Assembly: GCA_963783575.1 (NCBI GenBank)
Contig: CAWAOD010000005.1
Coordinates: forward strand, 32,001-96,000
Direction of reading: 5' to 3'
DNA length: 64,000 bases
Source: an uncultured Spirochaetota bacterium
Lineage (GTDB): Bacteria > Spirochaetota > Brevinematia > Brevinematales > JAOACQ01
Numbering within the stretch: the first letter of the stretch is position 1; every line of letters starts with the position of its first letter. Position numbers and translations under genes: made by a program. Positions 40,978 to 51,784 of this stretch are shown one piece after another. Below the pieces are notes generated by a model. It saw only the letters and a program-made list of their open reading frames with translations. It made no database searches and had not been told where the DNA came from.

Positions 40978-41550
40978 TTGGTTATTGCAAGACGGATTAT
41001 AAGGGCTTTATCAGTGAGGCGCCGGAGTCTCAGAATAACCGAATACATCAAAGTTATGCTGAAATCTTCGGATTATTTTACAAATTACCGTAATTATATC
41101 GAAACAAATGGATTAATATTTGACGGTACTTATGATTATATAATAAAAGATTTGTCGGTAAATAATGATTTTGCAAATTTAATTCTGAATACGCCATACC
41201 GGGGAATTCCCATTTTTTTTGAGGATTTTAAATTATTTTCAAAAATATATTCTTATTATATTTTTTACCGGCAGCTTCAGGGTAAATCCGAAGATGATTA
41301 TATTAAAAATCTGGATTTGCTTTTAATGAAATACCGTGACAGACGCAAGCAGGTTAAAACCGGCAGCGATGAGATTCGGCAGATTGACAGGGGAATAAGT
41401 TCTTTTGTTTTATTGAAAAAGAGAATGGAAGAATATAAAAATTTAAAGCGGTCCATAAAAAAGAAAGATCTGGACGCTGTGACAGCCCATGAACCTGAAT
41501 TGACAGAGATTTATCAAAGGATTATTATCACGGATGATAAAGAGCAGTGA
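40978..41550 (+). CDS. Hypothetical protein (start uncertain)
   Basis: Long ORF upstream of and co-oriented with dgkA. Confidence 0.6.
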   Translation: MVIARRIIRALSVRRRSLRITEYIKVMLKSSDYFTNYRNYIETNGLIFDGTYDYIIKDLSVNNDFANLILNTPYRGIPIFFEDFKLFSKIYSYYIFYRQLQGKSEDDYIKNLDLLLMKYRDRRKQVKTGSDEIRQIDRGISSFVLLKKRMEEYKNLKRSIKKKDLDAVTAHEPELTEIYQRIIITDDKEQ

Positions 41551-41565
41551 TAACGGTAAAAAATT

Positions 41566-41955
41566 ATGGTATTTGATTTAAAAAAGATTTGTAAAAGCTT
41601 TGTTTTTGCATTCAAAGGCATATTTCAGGCATATAAATCCGAGCAGAATTTCCGTTTTCATATAATAATAATTCCATTGGTCATAGCCGCCGGATTTTAT
41701 CTGCAATTAACCCCGGCCTCGTGGGGATTGATAATAATCTCTATTTTTTTTGTGCTTATTTCAGAATTGTGGAATACTGCAATAGAAAAGCTTTGCGACC
41801 TCACATTCGGTCTTAAGCGTGATCAGGGAATAGCGGTGGTGAAGGATATCGCAGCCGGGGCGGTTCTGCTCACCGCCGTCAACGCGGTAATTATCGGTAT
41901 AATCCTGATTGCCTGGCCGCTTATAAGAAAAGTTTCAATTTATTTTTTTAAATAA
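41566..41955 (+). CDS. dgkA: Diacylglycerol/undecaprenol kinase family protein
   Basis: SF.FA.KGI, EQNFRFH, ELWNTAIE, KDIAAGAV. Confidence 0.92.
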   Translation: MVFDLKKICKSFVFAFKGIFQAYKSEQNFRFHIIIIPLVIAAGFYLQLTPASWGLIIISIFFVLISELWNTAIEKLCDLTFGLKRDQGIAVVKDIAAGAVLLTAVNAVIIGIILIAWPLIRKVSIYFFK

Positions 41956-41982
41956 TACTTTCAGGACAGGGTTAACTCCGGG

Positions 41983-42906
41983 TTATTTCATCAATTCATA
42001 GAGAATGGCTTTCTGGGCATGGAGCCTGTTTTCCGCCTGGTCATACACAATGGAATGCTCCCCGTCAATCACATCGGCGGCAACCTCTTCTCCCCTGTGA
42101 GCCGGCAGACAGTGCATAAAAATATAATTCTTATCCGCATTAAGTGTCAAACTGCCGTTGATTTCAAATCCCCGAAAAGCTTTTATTCTCCGGGCTGCCT
42201 CATCCTGCTGATCCATCGATGTCCATACGTCGGTATAAACGACATCCGCTTTTTCAATTGCCTGCAAAGGATTATTGGAGATATCAATTCTGCTTTTGGA
42301 TATTTTCGCATTGGCAAGTATTTTTTCCTTGATTTCCGGGTTCATTTCATAACCCTTCGGCGTGGCGATTGAGAAATCCATCCCGGTCTTGCTTGCAAGA
42401 AGGCCCAGTGAATGAGCCATATTATGCCCGTCCCCTATAAAACAAAGCTTTATGCCGGGCAGCCTGCTTTTTTTTTCTTTGATTGTCATAAAGTCCGCTA
42501 AGGCCTGGCAGGGATGAAGTAAATCGGTAAGCCCGTTTATGACCGGGATAGATGCAAACCCGGCCAATTCTTCAACATCCGCCTGCTTGAAGGTCCTGAT
42601 CATAATTCCGTCAATATACCTTGATAAAACTTTTGCAGTGTCTTTTATTGGCTCTCCTCTGCCGATCTGGATATCCCTTGAACTTAAAAATAATCCCATT
42701 CCGCCGAGTTCGTAAATTCCAGCCTCAAAAGAAATGCGGGTCCGGGTTGAAGATTTCTCAAATATCATTCCGAGCTTTCTATTTTTGAGAGATGCGGCAT
42801 ATTGCTTTTTGTCTTTTTTGATATTGGCCGCAAGTTCTATTAATGATAATAACGCTTCTTTTGAAAAGTCCTGGGTATCCAGAAAATCCTTTTTGCCTTC
42901 AATCAT
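41983..42906 (-). CDS. argF: Ornithine carbamoyltransferase
   Basis: STRTRISFE, HPCQ, DVWTSM, HCLPAHRGEE. Confidence 0.97.
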   Translation of the reverse strand: MIEGKKDFLDTQDFSKEALLSLIELAANIKKDKKQYAASLKNRKLGMIFEKSSTRTRISFEAGIYELGGMGLFLSSRDIQIGRGEPIKDTAKVLSRYIDGIMIRTFKQADVEELAGFASIPVINGLTDLLHPCQALADFMTIKEKKSRLPGIKLCFIGDGHNMAHSLGLLASKTGMDFSIATPKGYEMNPEIKEKILANAKISKSRIDISNNPLQAIEKADVVYTDVWTSMDQQDEAARRIKAFRGFEINGSLTLNADKNYIFMHCLPAHRGEEVAADVIDGEHSIVYDQAENRLHAQKAILYELMK

Positions 42907-43048
42907 ATGAAGCCTCCAATCTTATAAGCATATAGAGGAAATATTATAATTACAGAGGAATTATTTATCAAATACTTTCTCTGTTAATAAGTCCCTTAGT
43001 TACAGGTAAAAATAATATTTGTCTATTTATTAATAAAATTTGTATAAT

Positions 43049-43188
43049 GTCATTGCGAGTAGATTATTAGAATACCGCGACTGAGTTGACATACGTGGCA
43101 ATCCTCAAATTAATGAGATAGCTTTTTACTTCTTGAGATTGCTCGTACAAAATTATTTGCCCTCAATAAAAATACTCTCACAATAACA
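43049..43188. repeat. Degenerate palindromic REP/RPE-like element
   Basis: GTCATTGCGAG...CGTGGCAATC...GAGATTGCTCG...CTCACAATAAC layout. Confidence 0.5.
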
Positions 43189-43394
43189 TTGATAAAAATA
43201 ATGATTCATTATAATTTTGAAACACTCATTTGATTTTCAAATTCCACCCGTAACTCTTGGATTACATTAATAACCGTTTTCGCCAAAAAATTACTGCATA
43301 ATGTTAAAATTCCGATAATTTAAAAAATGTCTATTATGGCGATTTTATATTATAATAATTAGCATATTTTTTTGTATTAACCGGAGGGGTTCCC

Positions 43395-44786
43395 ATGAAT
43401 GATCTGGACAAAAACAGGAAAATCTTTTTTATCGGCATAGGCGGAGTGGGAATGTCTGCGATTGCTGTTATTCTTCACAAAAGGGGATATAAAGTATCCG
43501 GCTCGGACAGGTCGGAATCTTCCACAATAAAGGATTTAATCCAGCTGGGGATTGAAGTTAAAATCGGGCATGATGCCGATAATATTAAAGATGACGTGGG
43601 ATCTGTCGTTTACACAAACGCGATCTCACCCGACAATCCTGAGTATGTGAAGGCTAAAAAAACAGGTTTGAAGATTTATGAAAGGGCAAAAATGCTGGAT
43701 ATGGTTGCCGGATCAAAGTTTGCCATTGGAGTTTCCGGAACGCATGGAAAGACGACGACAACTTCCATGGTATCAAAGATTTTCCTGAATGCGGGATACG
43801 ATCCTTCGCTTGCGGTCGGCGGTTTTTTGAAAGAAATTAACGGCTCAGGTTATGAGGGAAAAGGAAAGTATTTTATTTACGAAGCCTGCGAAGCTTTCAG
43901 TTCCTTTTTAAAGCTTCACCCGGATATTGCCATAATCACAAATATCGATGACGATCACCTTGATTATTACAAAAGCATGAGCAATATCAAAAAAGCCTTT
44001 AAAAAGTATATTTCAAGCAATATACCTCCTTATGGGATATTGATATATAACCGTGATGACGCAAATCTCAGGGGGGTTGTCGACAGGGTAAATCCCGTCC
44101 GGGTTATTTCCGTCGGAATCAATGAAAATGCAGATTATACAGCCGAAGCTATCCGCCTGGATGATTTTTCATCGTCTTTTATAGTAAAAAAAGGGAAAGA
44201 ACTGATCGGGAAATTTATTATCAATATTCCCGGAATGCATAATGTTTATAACGGGCTGCTGGCTATCGCCGCGTCTCTTGCGAACGGTATTTCCATTCAG
44301 GACATTTACAATACGCTGGCGAATTTTAAGAATGCTGACAGAAGGTTCCAGCTCAAGCTTAACATGAGCAATTTGATTGTAATCGACGATTATGCCCATC
44401 ACCCTTCGGAAATAGACGCCACATTAAAGGCGGCAAAACAGCTTTCACTAAGGAAAAATGCACAATTGATTGCGGTATTTCAGCCTCATTTATATTCCCG
44501 GACACAGCTTTTATATAAAGATTTCGCAAAATCGCTTTCGAAAGCCGATAGGATTGTTCTGATGGAAATCTATGCGGCTCGTGAAACTAATGATAACAAT
44601 ATAAGCTCGAAGATGATATACGATGAGATCGTGAAGATAAAGGGTGAAGAGAATGTTATTTATTCGAAAGATTTTAAAGATGTGCCTGAAAAAGTGAAGC
44701 TTCTGATGAATGGAAATAATATTGTTATTACCCTGGGAGCAGGTGATGTCTGGAAAGTATCGGAAATGTTTACCGGCAGTCATTAG
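43395..44786 (+). CDS. murC: UDP-N-acetylmuramate-L-alanine ligase
   Basis: GIGGVGMS, GTHGKTTT, DHLDYY, DDYAHHP, FQPH. Confidence 0.97.
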   Translation: MNDLDKNRKIFFIGIGGVGMSAIAVILHKRGYKVSGSDRSESSTIKDLIQLGIEVKIGHDADNIKDDVGSVVYTNAISPDNPEYVKAKKTGLKIYERAKMLDMVAGSKFAIGVSGTHGKTTTTSMVSKIFLNAGYDPSLAVGGFLKEINGSGYEGKGKYFIYEACEAFSSFLKLHPDIAIITNIDDDHLDYYKSMSNIKKAFKKYISSNIPPYGILIYNRDDANLRGVVDRVNPVRVISVGINENADYTAEAIRLDDFSSSFIVKKGKELIGKFIINIPGMHNVYNGLLAIAASLANGISIQDIYNTLANFKNADRRFQLKLNMSNLIVIDDYAHHPSEIDATLKAAKQLSLRKNAQLIAVFQPHLYSRTQLLYKDFAKSLSKADRIVLMEIYAARETNDNNISSKMIYDEIVKIKGEENVIYSKDFKDVPEKVKLLMNGNNIVITLGAGDVWKVSEMFTGSH

Positions 44787-45444
44787 TATCTGTATTTTTC
44801 TTTTTTTTCCGGCTTTTGTCCATTCGGAAGATAACTCATTAGGCGGCCAATTAAGCAACTGGTTCTCTTTTCTTTTCAATAATCAGCAGAACCCGGTAAA
44901 AGTAACAGCAGTAAAACCCAACAAAACCGAAAATACCAAAGAAAAGATTATGATAAACGGATTTACCCCTGGAATATTAAACGGAAACGTTTTGCTCGGG
45001 CTGAGGGCTAAGGCGGTTGCCGACCTTTATTTTAGACAGGCGGATTATTCCCAGGCTTTAAAGTACTATGAACAGGCATCACGCCACATAACAAATGAGG
45101 CTGATATTTATTATAACCTGGGTAACATTTACGCATATGAAAAAGTCTATAATATGGCTCAAAGCTACTATTTGATTGCCGCTTCAAAATACAGGCTCCC
45201 CGAAAATTTCGGTAAAACTCAGAAATATTATTATCTGTCAATGATCCGCTACGGGTTCTCGCTTGAAAAAACCAGGCAGATTGATGATAATCACAAAAAA
45301 GCACTGGATGTTGCCGATTCTTTAAATGATAAAAAGAATGAGATGAAGCAGAATTACCCTGAAATATTTGAGGAATTTGATCAGTTTTACCGGATAGTTT
45401 ATGGTAGTGTAATGATTCAGAATATCACAAATACAAATCAATAA
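44710..45444 (+). CDS. Exported TPR protein (start probably downstream of 44710)
   Basis: Signal-like segment; IYYNLGNIY TPR motif. Confidence 0.7.
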   Translation: MEIILLLPWEQVMSGKYRKCLPAVISICIFLFFPAFVHSEDNSLGGQLSNWFSFLFNNQQNPVKVTAVKPNKTENTKEKIMINGFTPGILNGNVLLGLRAKAVADLYFRQADYSQALKYYEQASRHITNEADIYYNLGNIYAYEKVYNMAQSYYLIAASKYRLPENFGKTQKYYYLSMIRYGFSLEKTRQIDDNHKKALDVADSLNDKKNEMKQNYPEIFEEFDQFYRIVYGSVMIQNITNTNQ

Positions 45445-45466
45445 CATCTACCAGATTTTTTTAAAT

Positions 45467-46624
45467 CTACCAGATCTTATCAACGCTTGTTCCATGGTAA
45501 AAATAAGTCACAATGTCCTTATATTGATATCCCTGGCTTGCCATTCCAAAAGCGTCCCATTGTCCCATTCCCACGCCATGACCGTAACCTACGCCGGAAA
45601 TTAATACAAAATCGTTTGAAATATGGATGTTTGCCCTTGTGCTTTTCATAGATTGCGGGCCGACTATATTTCTGAAATCCTGTCCGGATATACGGATTTT
45701 ATTACTCAATTGATCATCTATCTCTATGGTTTTAATCCGTTTTGAAATTGTTCTGACAGGAACGCTTATTTTTATAATTGAGTTTGTTAATTTTAATTCT
45801 TCCTCCAGCTTCTTTAATGTTATGGCGATGTCCCATTTATTTTCTTTATAATAAGTGGAATATGGTGATGGTACCGGCGTTAAATAAGGTTTATCATCAT
45901 TAAATACCTCTCTGGATGATTCCGTCATTCCGCCGCTTGAAGCATGAAAAAATGACTGAATTATCCTGCCCTGGTATTTTAAAACCTCGCCGATGGTTGA
46001 ATAGATGGCCAGCGAAGTAAGCTCCGTTTCATTTTCAATACCGTTATATACCTGCGATCTTGTGTCGCTGTATAGATCAAATTCTTTATTGCTTTTTCTT
46101 GAGTTAGCGACCTCATAAAGCGCATAAGTTCTGGAAACAACGGCCTGGGCTTTCAAAGCCTGCAGATTCCAGCCTGTCGGAACCTCGTTGGGAAGTACCC
46201 CATGCAGATATGTTTCAATATCTATGATATTTATCAGCATCAGGCCTTTTTGAGTTTTTATAACGCTGGCATTTCCGGCATATTTTTTCCCCTGGAATTC
46301 AAAATACCGGGCCGGATAAATTTCTATGCTGTCTACTTCAGCGCAGACGCCATTTAATTCCATACGGTTGCTTATAAATGAAATATACAAAGGGCCATCA
46401 CCAACCTCTTTCCTGGAATTAACCGACAGAATATAGTTTTTAAAAGGTTTAATCTGAATTTCGTTGCCTTCGTATAACTGGACTTTAATCAAGGGTGAAG
46501 CCTGGTTCATCGGCTTACTGATGCTGCCGCAGCCTGATATGATCAATACTGAAACTGAAAAAATGAAAATTACGGCCAAACTCTTAACAATCATAAAATG
46601 CCTCTTGAAGACCTGAAAATACAT
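45467..46624 (-). CDS. SpoIID/LytB domain protein
   Basis: YLHGVLPNE, ALKAQAVVSRTYA, SQVY, GYGHGVGMGQ. Confidence 0.93.
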   Translation of the reverse strand: MYFQVFKRHFMIVKSLAVIFIFSVSVLIISGCGSISKPMNQASPLIKVQLYEGNEIQIKPFKNYILSVNSRKEVGDGPLYISFISNRMELNGVCAEVDSIEIYPARYFEFQGKKYAGNASVIKTQKGLMLINIIDIETYLHGVLPNEVPTGWNLQALKAQAVVSRTYALYEVANSRKSNKEFDLYSDTRSQVYNGIENETELTSLAIYSTIGEVLKYQGRIIQSFFHASSGGMTESSREVFNDDKPYLTPVPSPYSTYYKENKWDIAITLKKLEEELKLTNSIIKISVPVRTISKRIKTIEIDDQLSNKIRISGQDFRNIVGPQSMKSTRANIHISNDFVLISGVGYGHGVGMGQWDAFGMASQGYQYKDIVTYFYHGTSVDKIW

Positions 46625-46676
46625 TTAAAATTCACAGATCCCGGTTATGATTATCGGAAGAGTTTTAAAAAACTTT

Positions 46677-47273
46677 TCAGTTAATGATAGATTTCATTAT
46701 TGCATCTATTTGTAAGTTGAGTTCATCGATTTGTCCATCGTTGACTAAAATAAAATCGCATTTTGACTTTAATTCGTCAAATTTTTCCTGGATCTTAATT
46801 ACATTTCGGGCTTTTTCTTCAGTCCACTTTTTTGAATTTATTGTTCTCTGAATTGCTTGATTTTCTTTTGAGTCAATATATATTGTAAAATCACAGAGAA
46901 TATTTAATTCCATCTGAAACAGCAGGGCCGCGTCAATAATAAAATTTTTATCGCCTGCTTTATTATTGATATATCCGGCAATTTCATTTTTCATGATAGG
47001 ATGAACGATGGAATTGAGGTCTGTAAGCTTTTCCTCATCGAAAAATACTATATTTCCCAATTTGACCCTGTCAATTTTACCTTCTGGATCAAGAATAACT
47101 TTTCCGAATTCTTTAACCAACATGTTTTTTGCCGTTTCCTGAGCGAGGTGTCCAATACTGTCGGCATCAATTCTTTCAAAATCGTATCTGTCCTTAAAGA
47201 TACCGGCAACGGTAGATTTTCCGCTTCCTATTTTTCCTGTGACGCCGATTACCAATTTATTGATGTTTTTCAT
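46677..47273 (-). CDS. coaE: Dephospho-CoA kinase
   Basis: GVTGKIGSGKST, IDAD, IDR..LG.IVF, LN.IVHP. Confidence 0.93.
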   Translation of the reverse strand: MKNINKLVIGVTGKIGSGKSTVAGIFKDRYDFERIDADSIGHLAQETAKNMLVKEFGKVILDPEGKIDRVKLGNIVFFDEEKLTDLNSIVHPIMKNEIAGYINNKAGDKNFIIDAALLFQMELNILCDFTIYIDSKENQAIQRTINSKKWTEEKARNVIKIQEKFDELKSKCDFILVNDGQIDELNLQIDAIMKSIIN

Positions 47274-47276
47274 AGC

Positions 47277-47654
47277 TTAATTCCTTTCATTTTTAAATTC
47301 CCTGGCCAATGTACGCCGGATTGATGATACACTTTTATTCTTGTAAAGAAGAACAAGAAATCTTTTGACAACGTCATCGCGATGAATAAAACCGCATCCG
47401 CTGCAGTCCCAAACTCGCTTTCCGTTTTTCGTCCTTATCCATTTTCCATTACCGGGTCTGTTTCCGCAGGGATAAAACGGGCAGTAGCAGAAAAGACAAT
47501 TCAGCTCATCCTGAATTTGCGTAGATTTACCATCTTTACCGTAGAATTCAAGCGGAAGCCTGTGGCAAGGGTAAAAGGAACAGTTTTTATAACGCTGATT
47601 GCGGTTTGTAAAATCGAGCTGAACATTAAAATGTTTATTCTCACTTTTAATCAT
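47277..47654 (-). CDS. Cysteine-rich small-domain (zinc-binding) protein
   Basis: CSFYPCH, NCLFCYCPFY, DCSGCGFIH. Confidence 0.85.
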   Translation of the reverse strand: MIKSENKHFNVQLDFTNRNQRYKNCSFYPCHRLPLEFYGKDGKSTQIQDELNCLFCYCPFYPCGNRPGNGKWIRTKNGKRVWDCSGCGFIHRDDVVKRFLVLLYKNKSVSSIRRTLAREFKNERN

Positions 47655-47911
47655 ATAATTACCTGATAATAATTATAAATTCGGCGAAAAGTAAAATTAT
47701 AGACAAAAACTTCATCAATATTTAAACATATTATAGTTGAAATGCGGATTATAATCAAAAGGAAATATCAATAAATAAATATAACAATAATAATGTGCCG
47801 TTTTCAAGATATAATTGAGTATAATGCCTTATCATTTCTTCAATAGATTTTTAAAGATTGGGATAAGCTCAATGCAGTATTTTATAATTAATGAAGCCAG
47901 TTTTGATTTGT

Positions 47912-48667
47912 CTATTCGTCTATTTCATTTATGAATTCATCAATAAACTTTTTCATTCTTTCAAAATGCGAACCTTTCCAGAAAACTTTACCGCATACAG
48001 CGCATTTTACAAATTTAAAGTAATATTTTCTGGTATCAGGCAATAAGAAATCATCGACTTCATTTTTATTGACTTCAATTAAATTCCCATTGCAGACAAG
48101 GCACCTGGTAAAAGACCTGATCAGATTGATAAGGCTGAAGCGAAGGACAACTTCTTTTAGCTGTTCTTCGGGAATCTGAGATCTGAGCCAGTAGCCATGA
48201 TCAACTTTTTTGTTTTTGAGAAGGCCTTTGTCACGTGTGAGGATGATTCTTTTTTCAGCATGTGCCGTATTTATTATATCCAGGTCTTCATAATCCCTGC
48301 CGTATAAAGAATCAAATCCGAAAATTCTGAGATATTTGCATAATTTTCCTATGTGGGTATCGAGTATAAATTTTATTACTCTTAAGGGTTCCGGCCTTAA
48401 ATGAGATATCGGCGAAATGTCAAGGCTTTCGAAAACTGGATAAACAGAAATTCTGTCCCCTGCTTCAAGATTGTAGCCGAAATTGACCGGATTGCTGTTA
48501 GCAAGTATAAGGTCAACTTCAGTGTGCGGTATTCCTATGGCTTCAATTACATCTTTAATCGACGGGCTTCCGTTAAACCGGTAAATAAATTCTTTTTTTT
48601 GTTTTTCCTGAGGCAGAAAATCGTTAAGTTCCTCATAAAAACGAAAATACGCGATGTTTTGATCCAT
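47912..48667 (-). CDS. Mut7-C RNase domain protein with ubiquitin-like N-terminus
   Basis: FRFYEELNDFL, GIPHTEV, LTRD, RCLVCNG, C..C.K.FW.GSH. Confidence 0.9.
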   Translation of the reverse strand: MDQNIAYFRFYEELNDFLPQEKQKKEFIYRFNGSPSIKDVIEAIGIPHTEVDLILANSNPVNFGYNLEAGDRISVYPVFESLDISPISHLRPEPLRVIKFILDTHIGKLCKYLRIFGFDSLYGRDYEDLDIINTAHAEKRIILTRDKGLLKNKKVDHGYWLRSQIPEEQLKEVVLRFSLINLIRSFTRCLVCNGNLIEVNKNEVDDFLLPDTRKYYFKFVKCAVCGKVFWKGSHFERMKKFIDEFINEIDE

Positions 48668-49424
48668 TTTTAACTCTTGGTAAATTATTATTAAGCTTTG
48701 ATTTAAGAAAATGCTAAACCTAAATATTTCAGCGGTTTGACAGAGCCTGCACTGAGGAATCGAATGTGCTCACCGCATCGCTTAAAACTTTGTAACTTTA
48801 AACTTTCAACTTATAATTATAAATATTTGATCAATTTAGGGAATTATCTAATAATATTAAGTATAGTGGATATTTCAGTGAATACCACTTTTCAAAACAA
48901 AAACAATTCCAATATTATTGTAATCCAAGTGGCAGTTTTCGTCCAGAATCTTAAAATTAGTTTGAAAGATATACATTTTAATTTGCTTGACACATCTCCA
49001 TCGGGATAGCTTGACAAAATGGTGAGGGAGATTATTTTCGTACTTTTTTCGTGTACATTTTTAATATGAGTCAACGAAACGTTTTTGAGTACTTTAATTA
49101 TTAAGCAATTCGTTTAATTGAAATCCCTTCAAAATTCATTTATAATTTAAGAGTTAGGTTTTGATCTTATGCAATACAAATGATCATTTTTATTATATTA
49201 GTGCTTAATTATCCATATTAATTCCGGAGATAACCGCATATGGAACATAATACAAAACCTCAATTTTCAATAAATGAAATCATACAAATAATTAAAGCCG
49301 AAGCGGAGAAAAAGAGATCGATGACTTTTCATTGATCGGACATTCACCGGAGTGGAAAAGAGGAGATTTTATGTTTATTCTTTCTAAATTCAAATAATAA
49401 CTGAAAATAAAAAATGGAGTTTTT

Positions 49425-50066
49425 ATGAAAATTATATCAATTCAATCATTATCAATATCTGAAATCAAGGTTATTCGTTTTGCCCGTTTCTGCGACCAGA
49501 GAGGATATTTTACCGAGCACTTCCGCAGAAGCGATTTGAAAAATCATTTGGATTGTAAAGATTTTATGAAAAAGGTTGAGTTCTTGCAGTTCAATGAAAG
49601 TTATTCAAAAGCAGGTGTAATGCGTGGGCTTCATTTCCAGTGGAACCCGTTTATGGGCAAACTTGTCAGAACATTATACGGGCATATGATCGACATATTT
49701 CTTGATATCCGAAAAGGCTCACCGACTTTCGGCAAAGCCGCGATGTACGATATGCCGATAAGCCAGTCTCAGGATTATAGTGAATGGATATGGATTCCGC
49801 CCGGATTTGCCCATGGCAATTTCTTTACGGAAGACAGTATGATTGAATATTTATGCTCCGGTGAGTACAGCCAGGGGTGTGAAGCCGGAATATCTCCTCT
49901 TGCTGCTGATATAGACTGGTCACTTTGCGATAAAGAATTAAAAGCAAGCTTCGCTAGATTAATCGAAAATCAACTGATCATTACCGACAAAGACAGAAAC
50001 GGCTTTAATCTTGCGAATTGGGTCAATGACAGCCGGTCGGATAATTTTATATATGGAAAATGTTAA
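49425..50066 (+). CDS. rfbC: dTDP-4-dehydrorhamnose 3,5-epimerase family protein
   Basis: DQRGYF.E, GVMRGLHFQ, DIRKGSPTFG, PGFAHG. Confidence 0.92.
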   Translation: MKIISIQSLSISEIKVIRFARFCDQRGYFTEHFRRSDLKNHLDCKDFMKKVEFLQFNESYSKAGVMRGLHFQWNPFMGKLVRTLYGHMIDIFLDIRKGSPTFGKAAMYDMPISQSQDYSEWIWIPPGFAHGNFFTEDSMIEYLCSGEYSQGCEAGISPLAADIDWSLCDKELKASFARLIENQLIITDKDRNGFNLANWVNDSRSDNFIYGKC

Positions 50067-50797
50067 ACGGAGGAAAAATGCTGGATCAAAAAACAACCTT
50101 ATACACCGGTGGCAAAGGCCTTTTAGGGAGCGAATTCAGGAAACAGCTGCCGGATGTCAAATATGTTGATATTGAAGAATTCAATATTATAAATTATGAT
50201 GAAATCGATAAGTATTTTTCAGATAAGGATTTCAAACAAGTAATTCATGCCGCAGCTTTTACTTCGCCTCCAAGATGCGATCAGGAGCCGGAAAAAGCCA
50301 TTGATGTCAACATTATCGGTACTTCAAATATGGTTAAGATCTGCAGGAAATATAATATAAAGCTGGTCTACATATGTACCGATTATGTTTTCAAAGGTGA
50401 TAAAGGAAACTATAGTGAAGAAGACCCGGTTTACCCGGTTAATAAATACGCATGGTCCAAGCTTGGCGGCGAGTGCGCGGTCCGGATGTACGATAATTCC
50501 CTGATAATCAGGACCACTTTCGGCCCGAATGTTTTTCCTTATGAAAAGGCTTTTGTGGATCAATGGACATCAAGGGAAAGTGTAAAATCCATTGTCGGAA
50601 GGATAATAAAAGTTTTGGACAAAGACATAGCCGGGACAATTCATGTCGGCGGCAGCAGGAAGACTGTATACCAGTACGCAAAAAGTCTTGATATGTCGAA
50701 GTATATAAAAGAATTGTCAATTCATGATGTGAATTTTAAGGTGCCTGTTGATACATCTTTAAATATCGATAAGTATGAAAGAATTATAAAAAAGTGA
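50060..50797 (+). CDS. RmlD-like sugar-nucleotide reductase
   Basis: GGKGLLG, TDYVFKG, YAWSKLGGE. Confidence 0.85.
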   Translation: MLNGGKMLDQKTTLYTGGKGLLGSEFRKQLPDVKYVDIEEFNIINYDEIDKYFSDKDFKQVIHAAAFTSPPRCDQEPEKAIDVNIIGTSNMVKICRKYNIKLVYICTDYVFKGDKGNYSEEDPVYPVNKYAWSKLGGECAVRMYDNSLIIRTTFGPNVFPYEKAFVDQWTSRESVKSIVGRIIKVLDKDIAGTIHVGGSRKTVYQYAKSLDMSKYIKELSIHDVNFKVPVDTSLNIDKYERIIKK

Positions 50798-50812
50798 TCT
50801 TGTGAGGATTTT

Positions 50813-51766
50813 ATGAAGATTTTAGTTGCGGGAGGAGCCGGTTATATCGGTTCAAAACTGGTTCCGGTTTTGGCGGATCATGGCTATGATGTGGATGTCA
50901 TCGATGCTTTATGGTTTGGGAACCATCTTCCTTCTGATATTAAGGTTGTAAAAAAGGATTTATTTGATTGCAATGAAGAAGATTTTAAAGGCTATGAACA
51001 GTTTGTTTTTCTGGCCGGTTTATCGAATGATCCGATGGCCGAATTTAGCCCGTCGACGAATTTTATTTCAAACGGCGCTTTACCTTCATATTTAGCTTTT
51101 ATTGCAAAGAAAGCCGGCGTCAGAAAGTTTATATATGCCTCATCCTGTTCGGTATACGGTTATACCGTCGATAAATTGTATGATGAGGAATCACCCGTTA
51201 CATGCGGATATCCCTATGGAATTTCAAAGCTTCAGGGTGAAAGGGGAGTGTTCCAGCTTCAGGATGAAAATTTCTCGGTTATTTCATTAAGGCAGGGCAC
51301 GATATGCGGATATAGCCCCCGAATGCGGATGGATTTGATTGTTAATACTATGTTCAAGACAGCAATGAAAGAGGGAAAAGTAGTTGTAAATAATGCGTCT
51401 ATATGGCGGCCTATTTATGATATCCGCGATGCCGTAAAAGGTTTTGTCCGGGCCATACAGGCAAATTATTCCATCAGCGGAGTATTCAATGTTTCATCAG
51501 GCAACTATACGGTCGGCCAGGTCGGGGATTATGTCAAAGAAGAAGTTGAATTATTGACGGGCAATAAAATAAAACTGGAAATAAAGAATGTTCAGGATTT
51601 TAGGAATTACAAAGTATCGATTGAAAAGGCTAGAACTGAGCTTGGTTTTGAACCGCAATATTCGATCAAAGATATTATCATAGATCTGGTAGATCATAAG
51701 GATGAATTCGGCGATTTTGAAGATGATTTATTTTATAATATCAGAGTTTTTAAAAAAATGAAATAA
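50813..51766 (+). CDS. NAD-dependent epimerase/dehydratase
   Basis: GGAGYIG, ASSCSVYG, YGISK. Confidence 0.9.
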   Translation: MKILVAGGAGYIGSKLVPVLADHGYDVDVIDALWFGNHLPSDIKVVKKDLFDCNEEDFKGYEQFVFLAGLSNDPMAEFSPSTNFISNGALPSYLAFIAKKAGVRKFIYASSCSVYGYTVDKLYDEESPVTCGYPYGISKLQGERGVFQLQDENFSVISLRQGTICGYSPRMRMDLIVNTMFKTAMKEGKVVVNNASIWRPIYDIRDAVKGFVRAIQANYSISGVFNVSSGNYTVGQVGDYVKEEVELLTGNKIKLEIKNVQDFRNYKVSIEKARTELGFEPQYSIKDIIIDLVDHKDEFGDFEDDLFYNIRVFKKMK

Positions 51767-51784
51767 AATCAAATTTTCCAGGTG

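Noticed and set aside
47912..48667. Mut7-C/ubiquitin-like protein as a novel defence system
   Set aside because: It is a known stand-alone family with no partner genes here.
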